64,000 nt of DNA, taken from contig OX597814.1 of NCBI GenBank assembly GCA_951406725.2, positions 153,326,001 through 153,390,000 of the forward strand, in the 5' to 3' direction. Under the pieces are notes generated by a model that made no database searches, was not told where the DNA came from, and worked only from the letters and a program-made list of their open reading frames with translations. Position 1 is the stretch's first letter. The number at the start of each line of letters is the position of its first letter. Shown here in pieces: positions 24,842-37,552 of this stretch. Origin of the DNA: Octopus vulgaris (taxonomy: Eukaryota). Position numbers and translations under genes: made by a program.

Positions 24842-25030
24842 TGGTGGAGCATTGAACAAAATACTTTGCAATATTTGTTCCAGATGTTTGTGTTCTGAGT
24901 TCAAGTCCTGCTAAAATCAACTTTGCCTTCAGAGTTGACAAAATAAGTACCAATTAAGTACCAGGGTTGATTTAACTGACTGACCCCTTCCCAAAATTTG
25001 AACCCTTGTGCCAATGTTAGAAACTACTAT
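24842..25030 (+). mobile_element. SINE D
   Basis: gttctgagttcaagtcctgc...gacaaaataagtacca...cccttgtgccaatgttagaaa. Confidence 0.75.
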
Positions 25031-25044
25031 TATTTTTGTTACAG

Positions 25045-25367
25045 CACCGTTCGAGTGTTGGACCTCATGGAGGCAGTAGCAGGTGACTAAGACCTTTGGT
25101 AATATACCGTGCTTGTGGAGACCTATCAAGCCAAGTGAGACCATAGTCGTGGTCAATGCTGGTGTCATATCAATAGCACCTGTGTCAGTGGCATGTAAAA
25201 AAACACCCAGTACACTCTTGGAGTGGTTGGCGTTAGGAAGGGTATCCAGCCTTAGAAACCTTGCCAAATCAGATTGGAACCTGGTGCAGTCCCCTACTTA
25301 CCAGTTTTCAGTTAAACTGCCCAACCCATGCCAGCATGGAAAGTGGATGCTAAATGATGAAGATGAT
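25045..25367 (+). mobile_element. RTE LINE 3' end (last codons of the ORF + 3' UTR + (GAT)n)
   Basis: ttggacctcatggaggca...gtgactaagacctttgg matches the ORF end at 49992-50035 and runs into the common tail motif. Confidence 0.85.
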
Positions 25368-25374
25368 ATTTCAA

Positions 25375-25529
25375 GATGGTATGCTGGCAGAATCAGCAGA
25401 GAGTCAGAAAATATGCTTTGTGGTGTTTCTATCAGCTCTTTACACACTAGGTTCAAATTCTGCCAAGATCACCATGCTAATGATTCTGCCAGCTTGCCAA
25501 TAATAATAGTAATAATAATAATAGTAATA

Positions 25530-25565
<36 letters not shown>

Positions 25566-25770
25566 GTAAAAACAATGGGTTCTAATTTAGGCCTAAGGCC
25601 AATAGTTTTGGTGGGAAGGAATTAGCTGATCTCATCAATCCCAGGAGGTGACTGGTAATTTCTTTCATTGGACCCTTACATACTTTCGGGGTTGATAAAA
25701 TAAGCACCAGTTGAACGCTAGTCCCCCACCTCAAAAAATTTCAGGCCTTGTGCCTATAACAGGATTATTA
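25375..25770. mobile_element. Rearranged SINE D pair with internal (AAT)n
   Basis: Head (+), 5' end (-), (AAT)n at 25499-25563, tail (-), tail (+). Confidence 0.7.
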
Positions 25771-27114
25771 ACATCATTATTATTGCTACTATTATTATAA
25801 GCAGTATTGTGGTTACTAAGACATTAAGTTCACGAGCAAAATTATCTCTAAAACTTTCTGAAAATCTTCAATTAACTTCAGTCAGGCCTCACATAAATAT
25901 AAGGTTTTCTTTCATTACAGAATATGAAGAAACTACTTGAAGGAGAAGAGTGGGTGAGTGATTGTGTGTGTGTGGTGGAGGAGAACAGTCAGCCATCTCA
26001 ACTAACCATTAATACAAAACTGATTAATACAGTTCTGATGAATAAAATCAAATCAAAAGCTATCTAAAGCAATCAATAAATTGCAGTATAAAATAAACTG
26101 AAGAATTAACTTTGAGATCTTTTGTTTATATTTCATTTATTGGTGTCTCAATATGGAAGACTAGAATTGGTGGAGATGACAGGTAAAGGAGATTATTCTG
26201 TCAGGTTTATAAACTAACAGACTGAAAATAAACCATTTTTAATGGTAGTATATTTCAGAAAATAAATTTAATGTGAACATTAAGTTCTCAACCTGCACTT
26301 TGGGAAAGAAACACAAGTTAGGAACATAAAAATAGCTGATTAGATAACTAAAAAAATCAGCTTATCACTAAGAAACTATATTATAGTTCTTTTAAAGCAA
26401 TCAACAGTTTAAAAAAGAAAAAAATGAAATAAAAATGAAGTAAATGGAAGGTGTGGTTAACAGGAAGAGCATATTGGAAGCTAAAGGCGCCAGTGGCAAG
26501 ATTAGATTCTATACAACAAATGGGAAAGTTTACACAAACTGGTCAGAGGATCAATGGCATTTGATAAGATTAAGGAAAGAAAAACCTTAAGAAATAACCT
26601 CTAGATGCCTGAAAGCTGATCAGTGTTTGGAACAAAAGGTATTCCTAAACTCAACTTCGTGTAGTGGTGAGGTGTTGTCAGAGAATGTAGTAACAGAATG
26701 CACCAAGTATAGAAAAAAAGAAAAGGGCAAAAAAGGTTAGAAATTCAGAGATAAGCAGACAATGCAATCAGTGAGTATATACAATTCAGTTCAGTTTTTT
26801 TTAAACAGAACAGCTAGGCACTTAAACTCCTAGAATGGTAAACACATTGCTTCAGTAACAGTTTTCATTCAAAGACCACAGTCTGCAACAAATGACTCCC
26901 TAGAACTAATACAAATGATTGCTAACTTGAGTAAACTGAACACTAATGTCCAATGACAATATGATCACAGGTGAGTGAAAGTTCAGCGAATTCTTTATAC
27001 TTAGGAGTGCATTACAGTTTGATTTATTAAATATAATGTGAATTGAAGATAAAAGTAAGGTTTAGAATGTTATCAACAGTTAACTTCAAAAGAGAAAAAC
27101 AGAACAATCAACTT

Positions 27115-27254
27115 GAAGAAGAAGAAGAAGAAGAGAGAGAGAGAGAGAACCTAAATAGTTAAATAGATAGATAGATAGAGAGAGAGAGAGCATCCAAGTA
27201 GATAGATAGATATAGGGCACAAATAAATAAATAGAGATAAAGCGAGCCCAAGTA

Positions 27255-27307
<53 letters not shown>
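27115..27307. repeat. Compound (GAA)/(GA)/(GATA) microsatellite
   Basis: Direct observation. It includes three gag(c/ca)(c/t)ccaagt(a/g)gat units. Confidence 0.9.
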
Positions 27308-27310
<3 letters not shown>

Positions 27311-28079
27311 AAGTGGATAAAGTGATTTGAAGAGACAAACTTAGAGTGAAATAAATAAAACCTAAGAAAAGTACTGAACAAAAAAAGATGAGAAACACCT
27401 AAAAGATGTGGGAGTTATATTCATGAAAATGGATCCAATATGTCCTTGCAGAGAAACTAATGATGGCCAACAAGGTTTTTACTGACAACTGCTTTTTTCT
27501 TCAATTGGAAAACATTCGTGTTTATCAACATTCAAATTAATATTAGGTGTAGTGTGTGTTACCGATAGCAGAAACTGCAAATTAGCCAAAGCAGAATGCA
27601 TGATTGTAATTTTAAATTAGAATCACAGATCATTACTTGCAGTATTTTTCCTTCATTTTAATTGGAAATTGTAACAACAACACTGACAACAACAACAACA
27701 GGTGACATTTTCTGTGATTGTGTCCCATAAAATGGAAAAAAAAAAGAAAAGAAAAAAAGTAATAATAGAAAGCCTGCTTAATAAATAGTATGCAAGTTAG
27801 ACTTGAACAGATGTCAGATAAAGTAATTAGTTGTTTGATAAATAGCTACTGTAGTAGGAATACAACACTCCCTAGCATTAGAGCTGGAAGTTCCAATAAG
27901 ATAAACAATAAGGTTACAATGTTGGATAGGTTGGCAAATATTCCTCTTTTATTCATTATTGATAAATGAAGCACACACACACACATACAATGGGGGAAAA
28001 CTGAATTTGTACATGGTGGTAGCAGCAACAGTAGTAAGTAGTATTATGAAGATGAAATGGAGGGGGGGGGGGAGCCTGT

Positions 28080-28340
28080 GCTCAGAATATTAAGTCAGAC
28101 TAGAAAATAAAGATAACCAGGAAGAGTTAATGTTAGAGATACGTAGTTGGACAGAAAGGAAGTTGCAGCAAAGTAATGAGAGGAAGGACAAATAGTGTTT
28201 AATGTGAGCTCCATGGAAGAAAACAGCTGGATGACTGTAAGAAGAGAGGCAGGTACAGCGAAGGGATTTAAATGGAAGTAGTAACAATCAGTAAATTTAG
28301 AGGAGCAGACCCCTGTGAAGAAAGAGGAAGAGAGAAAGGA
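28080..28340 (-). mobile_element. Decayed CR1/Jockey-like LINE 3' fragment
   Basis: Translation LRCTCLSSYSHP...HIKHYLSF resembles the C-terminus also seen at 30650-30870 and 32770-32950. Confidence 0.45.
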
Positions 28341-29079
28341 TAAGAAGGATAGCTCAATGGATGGTGGGTTGCTGTGTCTTGTTGGAAGTAATTTTGCTAA
28401 TCAAGTGAATAATTTTCTTGGGATGCAGCCTAGAATATTTGGGGGAGAGAGAGAGAGAGGGAGAGAGATTGTGTGTGTAGATATATATATATATATCTTT
28501 CTGTGGTGAAATGTTCCCTTCCAATCATGTTTGCAGCAGTTATCAAGGAATTATTCAGGATGAAGAATTTGCTGACTTTGAAGGAGAACCTAGTATTATA
28601 AGACTCTCTTGGTTATGTGAAGAATGCATGAGATGTATGTATCCATGCATGGTCAGACCTAATATTCTATAGAGTTTGATTGTCATAAATAAATAACAAT
28701 TGGAGGAGAGGATGCAATGGTATGGGTGGTTTATTTTGTCAAAGAGTATCAGCAGCATTGTCAAAAAGAAGCCTTAATAGGGCTACCTGGTCTGCTGAAT
28801 AAGAGCTAAACAACAGAAAAGTTAATTTCTGCAGAAAAGAAATTAAATTTGAAGTATATAAAAGACAAAAAGAAAAATCTTTACATTTCCTTTAAGAAGG
28901 AAGAGAGAAGCATGTGATCTTAAGATATTCTAAACTGAAAACTTAATAAAACATGAAAGAATTTTTCAGAAAATTGAAACTGAATTTGTTAAACAGTTGA
29001 AGATAAAAATAATTTCTCCCCAGCCCAGAGCAATAAATAATAAAAAAAAAAGAGAGAAAAAAAGAGGGGAAATATACTT

Positions 29080-29530
29080 TTGTGATTCTTGACATCAGCA
29101 AAGCTTTCACCTGCGTGTCTGGCATGCAAATCTCCTGTCAAAACTCCCAGCTTGCAGAATCCACCAGTCTTCTGTATTTATTGGTGGCTTCCAATGAGAT
29201 CACTCTATCATGGCTTCTTAACTGTACTATGCTCAGAGTCCAGTTCTATCCTCCATGCTCTTCCTTCTATACAAGGATGACCTACTGTCCTCTCCAACAA
29301 TGCCCACTCCTTTGCAGAAGACACAACACTGACCCCATGAACAGAAATCTTGGAAACTCATTCTAATGGAATCATGACAATCTTGTCTCCTTCAACAGTA
29401 GAGAATACAATCATTGCAAACATCGAGAAAACATGGTATCTCATTCCTCTAAATATGAATCAATGCAACCAAAACCCTTGGAATCACTTTAAATATTAGG
29501 TCTTACTACCACTAAGGATCTCACCCAGTC
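29080..29530 (+). pseudogene. Decayed reverse-transcriptase fragment of a CR1/Jockey-like LINE
   Basis: LDISKAF followed, after a frameshift, by VWHANLLSKLP, typical of the RT domain LDxSKAFDxVxH motif. Downstream ILGLT-like segment. Confidence 0.7.
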
Positions 29531-29997
29531 AGAGGTATCACCAGGTTCTAAAGTTAGTGAGAGTGTGCACATGCCATGACATATATCAAACAATTTTTAA
29601 CTCATTTCTCTTATATTGTGTGAAATATTTCATTAGTTATAATATAAGTAATTGTATTTACATTCATTCTTTTCATGCTTCAGTAAATGCCACTGATGTA
29701 TGAAACTTCATGGGATTGTCCAGGGTCAAGAGGTTATGATGTCAGGGTTTGTTTTGGTTCTTAATATGTCAGCAATACATCACATGAGATTAATCAGACA
29801 GTTCAAAAAGGTTAATCAAATAAAGTAATGACTTCAAAAAGTTCTCCCAAGGTCATGTGATTAAGAAAAAAAAAAAATTTGACTTTTATTGCACAAGTGA
29901 ACTAATGAGTTGAAAAAAAAATTGTTACAAAAGTACCAATTCTGTGGGGAGTTGTCACTTCCCTTGCTCTCCTACTAGCTATACCACTGCTTCCAGT

Positions 29998-30480
29998 GAT
30001 CATCATCATCATCATCGTTCGACTGTGGTCGAGACAATGGAATTTACTATATTAAACCAGACTTCACGGTCCATCATAACATTACGGAGGTCCTGTTGCT
30101 GGATGCCTGTATCCCTGGCGATTACATCAGGGTAGGAGAGTATGTGCCCTCTGGTATTGCGAGTAGATGGCTTTCAGAGGAGAAGAGCAGAAATTACCTC
30201 GTTTTCAGCTCTACAACTATGTCCTGCAAACTGGACTCTTCTACCTTTCACAAGAGATGATACAGGTGGTAGTTTCCCATATATTTGTACTTTGGTTGGA
30301 TGATGCTTCTACGAGAGATTTTGAGCTCTCATTAGGAGGCGAGCGTAAGTTCCATCCAATCGCCTCTCAAGCTTCTTTGATAACGTCCAGGTTTCTGAGC
30401 CATATAGTAGAATTGGTTCGACTGTGGCTTTGAAGTCTTCAACATAGCAAATTTTCTTCATAAAGATAACCCTTTGTTTC
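29998..30480 (-). mobile_element. RTE LINE 3' fragment (second RTE family)
   Basis: FKATVEPILLYGSETWTLSKKLERRLDGTYARLL motif and (GAT)n tail at 29998-30016. Confidence 0.85.
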
Positions 30481-30494
30481 CGAATCAGAAAATA

Positions 30495-30870
30495 CAGCAA
30501 CTACTAACTCCCTATTCAGGTGCTCAGTTAAGATTCACAGAGTTTTGCTCCTACATCTAAGACAGTGCTGCAACTACACACAGACATTTTAGAATGTTCT
30601 CAAAGAAAGGCCCTTCAACAAATAAATATGAAGCAAATCACAAACACACTCATTCCTCTCTCTTTTTTTCTTTTTACTGTTAGTTACTACAGTGGCCTCT
30701 GCTCCATGAGAGTTGACTGGTCATGTTTCATGTTCATCCAGGAACTCCCAGCTCATCTTACCTCTCTTCTTTTCATCACCCAAACAGTGTCTGTCACTAT
30801 CTTTACACTACTATGTCTCATCTGTCTGTGCACATTTTTTCTTACAACTGTCAACTGTTAGCATTTGGAA
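30495..30870 (+). mobile_element. Continuation (3' part) of the CR1/Jockey-like LINE
   Basis: ILECSQRKALQQIN...SYYSGLCS segments resemble LINE C-terminal LDRIQRKA...YYHGLCS. Confidence 0.55.
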
Positions 30871-31019
30871 CATTAATGAAATCCATTTCATTGGGTTCAG
30901 TGGGTCTGTAAAGACCATGAGAACAACCTCTTCTTCCAGGTTAAACTATATCTTGTACTTATTTTAGTCATTGAACTCTTGAAGTGTTTTAGTCAAACAA
31001 ATTGATCTCAGTTTTAAGT

Positions 31020-31282
31020 TCGGTGCTTATTATTATATTGGCCTCTTATGCTGAATCACTAGGTTATGCAGACATAAACAAACTAACACCAGTGCAACAA
31101 ACACACACACACATGCATGCATGCGCACACACATACACGACTCCTCAGTTTCTGTTCACTAAATTCCCTTACAAGGTATTGGTCATCTTGGGTTATAGTA
31201 AAAGATACTTGTGCAAGCAAGTAGGAATGAACCAGAAACCACATAGTTGTGAAGTGGACTTCTTAACCATACAACCAAGCCA
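31020..31282 (-). mobile_element. SINE A, degenerate
   Basis: Colinear with the other A copies. Confidence 0.7.
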
Positions 31283-31464
31283 AATACATAAATAAATAAA
31301 TGGCTCAAAAAAAAAAAAAAAAAGGTAAAAAAAGATATACTGTCAATGATTGTATGATAAAACTCTATTAAAAGAAGAGTGTCTACATTATTCTTCCTTT
31401 AATCAAAAAAATATTGATAATCTAATTTATAGTTTGGAAAAATATTTTACAAAAAGTAACGTAA

Positions 31465-31729
31465 TCCTTTTGTGACCATATTTTTGATAAAATATAATGT
31501 TGATATGTTTCAATTAATTTTGAAAATAATCAAAAATTTGGAAGGATTTGATAAAATAACCAACTTTTCAATTTATTGGTATATTAAACTGGTGCTTGGA
31601 GTATAAACATAACTAGAGATTCTTATGTAATATAATGGAAAATTTTAATTGAAGTATGAACAGTTTAAAACAAGAGTTTTCTGTATCAAAGAATCAGGAG
31701 TGGTCTCTGGTGATTTGGTGTCATAAGGG
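31465..31729. mobile_element. piggyBac-type MITE family 1
   Basis: gtaa-tccttttgtgacca ... tggtgtcataaggg-ttaa. Internal similarity to 1277-1495. Confidence 0.7.
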
Positions 31730-32689
31730 TTAACTTCAGTTAATTAACCCTCTCGGAAACATCTTTATTTCAAAGGTGAAGAATAAAATACAGTTTAAAC
31801 TTAAGGGAATCACTGAACTTTTTCAATATTATAAACGGCATATACACAGACATATGCAGTTATTGTTAACTGAGGAAAACAAATTTATGGTAGACATAAA
31901 ATAATAAAAAGAAAAAAAAGAAAGAAAAAGTAAAAAAAAAATATTTACTGTAATGTATGGAAATATCCAAGAGCTGTTAAACAGCACAATAAATCAGTTG
32001 ATGCTATTGCCAACCACCATATGTGAACTTGCATTTTTCTCCACAAAATAGAATTTTTTTTAAAAATCAGATTTTCTTTATTTTTCTTTATATATTTCAT
32101 AAAATATAAATTTTATTAAAGATATTGCCTGCCACTTTTAATAAATATAGAAGGAATATATGCACACATACACACACGCTTGTTGGAAACCTTACAAAAT
32201 GTTAGCCAACTCCTGAGAGCAGTAGAGAAAATTGCATACTGCTAGTGAGATCAATAGCTATTCTTGCAAGGTGAAGGCAATTTCACCAACTCAATAGTTT
32301 AGATGTTTACATTGAACAAGTGATAGCCATAAAAGGATCAGAATGTTATGGCATTCTAGATCTTCCAAATTAATATATGTCTGTCACATGGTACACACAC
32401 GAGAGAACAAACAGATTACGCTCAAACATGTACACATCACAGCACCATACCACACACACAAAAGATGATAGTAGGACAGCTGAAGTTTGCAATAGGAGTC
32501 TTTAGTTTAATCTTAAACATCCATTACTCTAACAACGTTCTGGCAGTTGTCAGAGTAATGGCATTTCGTACAGCAAATTTGAGCGATTACATAACTTGGG
32601 TCTTCTTTACAATGACAAATCAGGCATTCCAGGATAGCAAAGTATTCCCTATCCAATTAGGTAGGAATAAGACAAAATATACTCACACA

Positions 32690-33050
32690 TCTAGGAACCA
32701 GCAGATGCTACACACATCCTAGATTGTATTCAAACTGACATCTCATTAGTAAACAGCAAACCACTTCACACAAAAATGTTTTATCCCTGTCTCTACTCTT
32801 ACATTACAAGAGTTTTTGCAATGAACTATTAAGCTGTGACACCACATCCATCCAAGCCTTCATCCCAACTGTGTCCTCTGTCCTAATCTTGTACTAAATC
32901 ATTTTTCCATATCCTTCCCTGCAAGTAGTCAACTGGAACTCCTTCCTAGTTCACTCTTTTATGACAAGTATCATCTAATCAATAGTTCAAGTACACACAA
33001 ACCATAATGATGCCATTAGTCCAAGAGGCTTACATATGCTATGGATACTG
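32690..33050 (+). mobile_element. Decayed CR1/Jockey-like LINE 3' fragment
   Basis: Similar to 30540-30870, with a WNSLP-like ctggaactccttcct. Confidence 0.45.
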
Positions 33051-33068
33051 CCTCTTTTAGAACTTATA

Positions 33069-33282
33069 CAAAGAAGTGCTGAAAAGTTCTTGGCTTTAAG
33101 GATATCAAAACAGGCCTGGTTGGGGGCCCAACCTTCCAAGCTCTTTTACAGGGCTTAGAAAAACTGAAGGACTGTTGCAACAAGTGTGTGATTCTGAGAG
33201 GAGAATATGTTAAATAAAATCATAATTAATTGATCCTCCTGTATTTTCTTTTAACCAAAGCCAGGAACTTTTCAGTACCCTT
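33069..33282 (+). mobile_element. mariner-derived MITE
   Basis: TIRs gtgctgaaaagttcttggcttt / aaagccaggaacttttcagtac with TA flanks. Encodes a mariner C-terminal relic QGLEKLKDCCNKCVILRGEYVK*. Confidence 0.85.
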
Positions 33283-33326
33283 TATTTTTAAACATACATA
33301 TTCACAAAACCAAACAGGCACTACTA

Positions 33327-34464
33327 CAAGGTGTTTGGGCAAAATTTCACGATATTTTAATACCTTCATTTTTCAGGAACAGCTTGATGTATTGGTGATC
33401 AAGCAATGGTGTTGGAGAACATAGAGATTAAAATTGTAGTTGAGAAAAAGTTAGCTGATATGGAGGACTGCAAGCTATTTGAATATTAGAAATGAGCTAC
33501 CTCTATCATGATGATTTGTGCTGGGTGTCAAAATGCTGACCTCAAGACTGCTGCTCAGTGCTCTGTGAACACTGTAATTGCTGTTAAATGTGACAGCTGT
33601 AATGGAGACTATGAAACTATGGCCAACAATAAGGGTTACAGCAGGCATTCTGATTGTGTCTGCATGCTGGAATTTATCCAACCACTTCAGGACAAGATGA
33701 TGGAAGATCTGAGCAAGGAAATGCAAACTTTGGTGAAAGAGATGGGTGTTGGAGTTACCACCATGAAGCTAGCCCTGAGTAAGGACCTTCACAATGATTC
33801 ATACAAGAGGTGCAAGGGTCAAACTAAGTTTCCCCAAACTTTCAGCATCTCCAGTGATATCATGCTGACCCACATCTTTGAACAAGCCTTAGCTCAATTC
33901 AGACAGCTGGGTGAAGCTGTTGGAGACTGTGGTCAAACCCTGGCTTGAGAGGGTTGTTCCTGGAAGGCCATATGTGTGGTAGCAGGATTCAGCTCCTTGC
34001 CATACCGCTGGAAAGAAATGAGTGGTTGTTGAAGAATTTCTATGACTTCACCAGCCCCAATTTCCAGCCTTCTAATTCTCCTGGCTGTTAATCCCATGTA
34101 TTACTGGGTGAGGGACATGGTTGAGAAAGACACCTGCTGCTCTGCCTGCAATACTAAAGCTGAGATGGTGGCTAAGATCAAGAGGGTGTTCAGAGATCTT
34201 TCCAGGGATATAATGAGGGAGACATGCACTATATTCTGGAGCTGTCTTGAAGCTGTGATAGCTGAGGGCAGCTACTTTGAGTAAACTGTTGTCTTCCAGC
34301 CATAATGAAGTTGATATTTTTTAACTTTTTAAAAAATACTTTTATTTACTTTGTTTATGTATTTGGTTTGAAAGACTACTGGCATAATGACTCCCAAGAC
34401 AAAACAAAATAATGTGTTTGCTTTTTCTTTTATGCAAACTCTCAAATTTAGTTTGAACACCCTA
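33327..34464 (+). mobile_element. Internally deleted Tc1/mariner transposon, maT (DD37D)-like, transposase pseudogene
   Basis: TIRs caaggtgtttgggcaaaattt / aaatttagtttgaacaccct. Relic motifs YVW*QDSAPCH, PSNSPG.NPMYYWV and LEAVIAEGSYFE*. The N-terminal HTH-like region lies in ORF 33508-33948. Confidence 0.85.
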
Positions 34465-36018
34465 CATAAATAAATGATCGCCTTACGCTAAATGGGTGAT
34501 GGATCAATGAGGAATCCTCTGCACCATCATTTGACCTAGCTACACAGCTATGCCTGCATCTATATGTGGGTGTATGATTTGTCTGTCAGATCACTTTATC
34601 CCTTTATATTAGTCATCCTGCTTCCTGTTTGTTTTTCCATTATCAAGAGAGAGAGAGACTAAGTGTAGTTATAACATTCTGAACGAAGAGTTTATCAATG
34701 ATATTGATTTGCTGTGGCACACAACTGAGATCTGAAATACCTCACACAACATACATTACTACATATTTAACCTTCTACTTTAATTCAAGCTACGTTAAAG
34801 TTTATTATCCAGCTTCCCATCTAGCTTGTAGATAAAGGTTTGTCATTCACTTTGACAATTTTAAAATTCAACTTTTAGCTCTTCCAACAAATGTTCTTAG
34901 GTTATAGTGCCTTTTACAATCTATTTTCCATGCTGACATGAATGAATCTATTAAAGACCAGATTTGGTATCACTACGATATATAACATATTTTATAACTT
35001 CAATATCTTACATGTGAGGAAAATGAAAGGGGATTTGAAATTTGGATCTAGTTCTTGTGTTTATTGGATAGTATCAACCACCACAAAATATCCACACCAA
35101 GACTAAATATGGTTAACAAAGAAAAAAATTTATGGCATTGGTACAACAGATACAATTCTGTATATTACAGTATATTTAATTGACCAAAAGTTATATTGTA
35201 GGGTTTCTCTTCTTTAGAATACAAGAATAAGAAATGTGATCATTAATACCTAACTTGGCTTTAGGGAATACTTAGACTATGGAGCACATTGTTCTATAGA
35301 GAGAGGAATGGTAATTTAGTAACTAATGATGGAATACATTCAGTTCTGGTTAAAGGAAAGTAAATAACTGAAGATAATGCCTGAATCAACAAAATTTTTG
35401 TGATGGGAATTTTATGAAAGTTCTTTTGAATATGTGTGTGTGTGTGTGTGTGTATGTTACGATTGCATTGTCGACGCTCATGCAAAACTGCACACTAACA
35501 AATTCTATTAATACTACTACTAGTTATATATCTGAAATAGTCCAGATCAGATAATAATAAAAAGAATTTTATTCTAAAAAAAAAAGAAGAAAATAAAGAG
35601 CTATTCAGATTCCTACCTCCAAGGTAGATGGGGGAGGGATAACAACAATAATGGTTAATTCAAAGGAACATAAATGCAAAAGGAAAATTGTTGATGTGAA
35701 GAATATTTATTACACACCATCTGCCATTATCATTCATAATTCATACCATTTACCCCTACCCAATATTATGTTGTATGTCTTTTTTATTTGATGAAATTTT
35801 AGCAAACTTTAACACTTGGTCACTTATTAAATGCAATTACTGCATTCAGGTTTTTCTGAGCTTATTTCTTTATTCTGGCTATCACTGAGCAGTCCTACTG
35901 CTTCTTAAATAGCTCATTCAATTTAGAATAGCTAACATTAGACAATGTGTAAATTTGATTATAAAAGTAAAATACTGTCTTTACAACTGTACTTAGTTAA
36001 TTCATTCAAAGCTGCAGG

Positions 36019-36061
<43 letters not shown>

Positions 36062-36700
36062 ACACATTTGAGATTGTTTATTTTTGTTTGATTTCTCACA
36101 AGGCCCATACAGAAATGCAACTCAAAATGAAGTGCAGAATTAGCAGTTTGTAAAGAACTTATCTTAAATGCTGATTCTACACAACTGCAACAACTATTTA
36201 TAAAAAAAAAAATGTTCAAAGAATATCAAAAGCAATGTTCAGAATTGAAGTTTATGTAATCCCACACAGTATTTTTATAAAGTTAATTATTTCAAAAAGA
36301 AAATGTTATCATATCAACAAGATGTAAATCAGAACCAGGCTAGTCAATTTCCTAATGTTTTTATTATGAAGAGAACTGCTAATGAATGAAAATACACACA
36401 CAAACACACAAACTGAATTAATTTAGTACTGAGATATCTAGTTTTCAGACTATTAAAACCAAATTGACTGAAGTTATGACAGCAATTTTTCTTATCACTA
36501 TCAGCATTTTGACAGGCTGTAGTTAGCTCTTTAACATCACAAGGTCCGGTCCTTGTAGCAGTGTAATTGCTAGCTTGTGTGTCTCAATGAGCGACAAAAC
36601 TATGCCAGCAAAGCATAAGCTCCTGGTAGGACCTTCTATGTTGGACAGGCCAGAGACCAGACTAATATGGACCACCTTCTCCCAGAAGTAAAAATCAGTC

Positions 36701-36822
36701 CACAGACATGGACCACTTTTCTACACCAAATTTGAAACAATTATTTCATGAGTAAAACTTAACCTTACTAACACATTATTTTGCTGTTTTTACATCCATC
36801 ACCCCGTTTTGGCTACCCCCAC
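36701..36822. repeat. 122-bp dispersed direct duplication, copy 1
   Basis: Matches 37431-37552 with about 4 substitutions. Confidence 0.95.
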
Positions 36823-37029
36823 CTAGAAAAAAAGTTACAGAAGTATTGATATCAATTCAGAACCAACAAGAACAGGGAGAAGTGAAAGTTCTCTTAGGGA
36901 AACATATGATGTGGAAGAATGGAATAAACAGGGGTCCAACTAGAGAGAAGCAGAAAAAACAGCCCAGAGTTGAGAACAATGGAGAACAGTCATTGATATG
37001 ACAGTGAAGGGCTTAAGCAGTATTAAGTA

Positions 37030-37230
37030 GTTTAGCCCAAGGTCAGCTCTGACTGAGTGGACCTATGATTAAAGGCACTCTAGTTATGGTTATGCTGCCT
37101 TTTTGTATTTCTATGACTATAGTGCTTGTCAATTTTATAACTCAAGACAGTGGGGGTCTAATCTGAAAACCTAGTTATTACTTCTAGGAAGCTGGTTGAC
37201 CATACATATATATGAGTCTATATTGGCTTG
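37030..37230 (-). mobile_element. Repeat family F
   Basis: gtttagcccaaggtcagctctgactgag is the reverse complement of the F 3' end. Confidence 0.55.
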
Positions 37231-37430
37231 TATTGTGTTGAGTGTTTGCATGTTGTTATGGCTTGAATCAATAAATAATTGTGCAGTTTTCCATGAAGAC
37301 TCAACCTTGAAACACATCTAAAATATATTTTTACAACATTACATGGCATAAGTCAGTGCCTAAACATTTTGGGGCCGCTGTTTCCTTGGCACCCAGGCCA
37401 CTTTCCTACTGTTACTCCTCCTTTCACCAC

Positions 37431-37552
37431 CACAAACATGGACCACTTTTCTGCACCAAATTTGAAACAATTATTTCATGAGTAAAACTTAACCTTACTA
37501 ACACATTATTTTGCTGTTTTTACATCCATCACCCCGTTTAGACTACCCCCAC
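37431..37552. repeat. 122-bp dispersed direct duplication, copy 2 (within a probable hAT-like relic starting ~37350)
   Basis: Matches 36701-36822. Confidence 0.95.

Noticed and set aside
25921-25953. Plus-strand 33-bp micro-exon candidate (ttacag|...|gtgagt)
   Set aside because: No partner exons or recognisable product. Such sites are expected by chance in 64 kb.
33508-33948. 146-aa ORF as a domesticated transposase gene
   Set aside because: The catalytic domain is deleted or frameshifted with in-frame stops, and nothing indicates selection.
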